From a virus (lineage: Duplodnaviria; Caudoviricetes): a stretch of DNA of 64,000 bases. Positions 62,817 to 64,000 of this stretch are shown in pieces. The notes below the pieces were generated by a model. That model made no database searches and had not been told where the DNA came from. It saw only the letters and a list, made by a program, of their open reading frames with translations. The position numbers and the translations under genes were made by a program. Location of the stretch: the IMG/VR virus record IMGVR_UViG_3300020457_000007, positions 23,786 to 87,785 of that record. One strand, written 5' to 3'. Numbering within the stretch: position 1 is the stretch's first letter; each line of letters opens with the position of its first letter.

Positions 62817-63705
62817 AGTCCTCGTTCAACTCACACCCTATGTACGAACGACCTAGATCCTTGGCTACCATCGCTGTTGTGCCACTTCCTAGAAATGGAT
62901 CAAGTACAATGTCACCACGCTCTGAACCTGCTAGAATACAAGGACGGATCAACTCAGGTGGATACGTAGCGAAGTGAGCACCCTTGTATGGTTTCTTTGT
63001 TACAGACCAAACAGATCGCTTATTCTTCTTCTCATATGATTTCTCTAACCCAGAGTGAGGGGATAAACCAGTGCCAGGATTATGATACTTACCTTTAGAC
63101 CTATCTCTAGTACCCCAATCTTTCGCTGGTTCTTTAATTGCTTCATTGTCATAATAATACTTTTGACTCTTACTCAAGAGAAATATGTACTCGTGTGACT
63201 TGGTACACCTATCCTTGACTGACTCAGGCATTGGATTTGGTTTATGCCATATAATATCCTGCCTTAGATACCATCCATCAGCACGTAATGCAAATGCAAG
63301 CATCCAAGGTATACCAATTAGATCTTTACTCTTATATCCTTTGAGTTTATTACCTCTTACTGGTGTGCTCTGTGGTAAATCCTGTCTAGTCTTAGATACT
63401 GATTGCTGTGGGTAATTACCATCACTACGATAGTTATAGTAGCTATCACCTATGTTTAACCATAGTGTACCATCATCAGTCAGTACATCACGTACCTTAC
63501 TGAATACAGATACTAATTCTTGTACGAATTCTTCAGGTGACTGCTCCATACCAATTTGATTCTCTTCACCACCATAGTCTCTTAGGCCATAGTAAGGTGG
63601 AGAAGTGACACACATACGTGGTCTCTCAGCAATACCAGTTGTTATTTGTGCTTTGAGTGTGCTGAGTGTATCTCTACAATCACCAAATAATACTGTGTCT
63701 CTCAA
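62761..63705 (-). CDS. Beta-class DNA amino-methyltransferase (probably N4-cytosine, SmaI/XmaI/Cfr9I-like)
   Basis: Motif IV VTSPPYYGLRDY before motif I VLDPFLGSGTT; DGTLWLNIGDSY, GIPW..AFAL..DGWYLR.DIIW.KPN..PESV.DR, AHFAT.P. Confidence 0.92.
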   Translation of the reverse strand: MRDTVLFGDCRDTLSTLKAQITTGIAERPRMCVTSPPYYGLRDYGGEENQIGMEQSPEEFVQELVSVFSKVRDVLTDDGTLWLNIGDSYYNYRSDGNYPQQSVSKTRQDLPQSTPVRGNKLKGYKSKDLIGIPWMLAFALRADGWYLRQDIIWHKPNPMPESVKDRCTKSHEYIFLLSKSQKYYYDNEAIKEPAKDWGTRDRSKGKYHNPGTGLSPHSGLEKSYEKKNKRSVWSVTKKPYKGAHFATYPPELIRPCILAGSERGDIVLDPFLGSGTTAMVAKDLGRSYIGCELNEDYASLQSARISTIPNKLPL

Positions 63706-63974
63706 CGTTCAACATTACGGATCTTCTCAAGTATACCACTACCTAGATTCTTTTGCAACTCGTGGAACTGCTGTCTCTTAACCATATCAGAGCAAGTATT
63801 GAATTTCTGTGCTGTCATCACCTCTGCAAACATATGTCTGTAGGTGTGTAACATTTCTTTAAGGTATCCTCTCTCATCCCTACTGAGCACCAAATCACGG
63901 TGGTCTGTTAGGTCAACAGTACTATTCTGAGTGTGTAATGATGGATTTGAATGTGCTCCCATTGGTTCCTGCAT
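63702..63974 (-). CDS. Hypothetical protein
   Basis: 90-aa ORF whose stop overlaps the methyltransferase start. Confidence 0.55.
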   Translation of the reverse strand: MQEPMGAHSNPSLHTQNSTVDLTDHRDLVLSRDERGYLKEMLHTYRHMFAEVMTAQKFNTCSDMVKRQQFHELQKNLGSGILEKIRNVER

Positions 63975-64000
63975 AGTTGTGTTGATCCTAACACATATTT

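Noticed and set aside
1-64000. tRNA, rRNA or photosynthesis auxiliary genes
   Set aside because: No cloverleaf with a T-loop motif was seen in intergenic gaps, and no psbA/hli-type translations are present.

Overview
This is a 64-kb segment of a T4-like marine cyanomyovirus (Kyanoviridae-type; host probably Prochlorococcus or Synechococcus, by inference). Almost all genes are on the minus strand. Positions 1-50.8 kb are a late structural block: small membrane proteins, gp16, gp15, gp14, gp13, a modular tail-fibre/virion cluster, a 2752-aa VrlC-like protein, gp8, a 5217-aa gp7, gp6, gp25, a SET-domain gene, a PAAR-like spike tip and an 840-aa virion protein, with T4 late promoters (TATAAATA/CTAAATA). 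Positions 50.9-64 kb are an early, hypervariable region of small ORFs driven by 10 copies of a palindrome + TATAAT early promoter; it also holds three 2OG-Fe(II) oxygenases and a beta-class DNA methyltransferase. The best candidates for something new are: (1) a helically phased cluster of four perfect host-type DnaA boxes beside an AT-rich tract and divergent promoters (55.7-55.95 kb); (2) a nested, bracket-like 15-repeat domain architecture in gp7; (3) a PvuII-like nuclease near an N4-cytosine methyltransferase in a genome that appears to avoid CCGG/GCGC; (4) a ~140-nt structured RNA starting at an early promoter; (5) a SAM-lyase-like early gene; (6) a very basic 45-aa peptide translationally coupled to the SET gene. 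All product calls come from motif recognition by eye; no searches were run. No tRNA, rRNA, CRISPR array or mobile element was seen.
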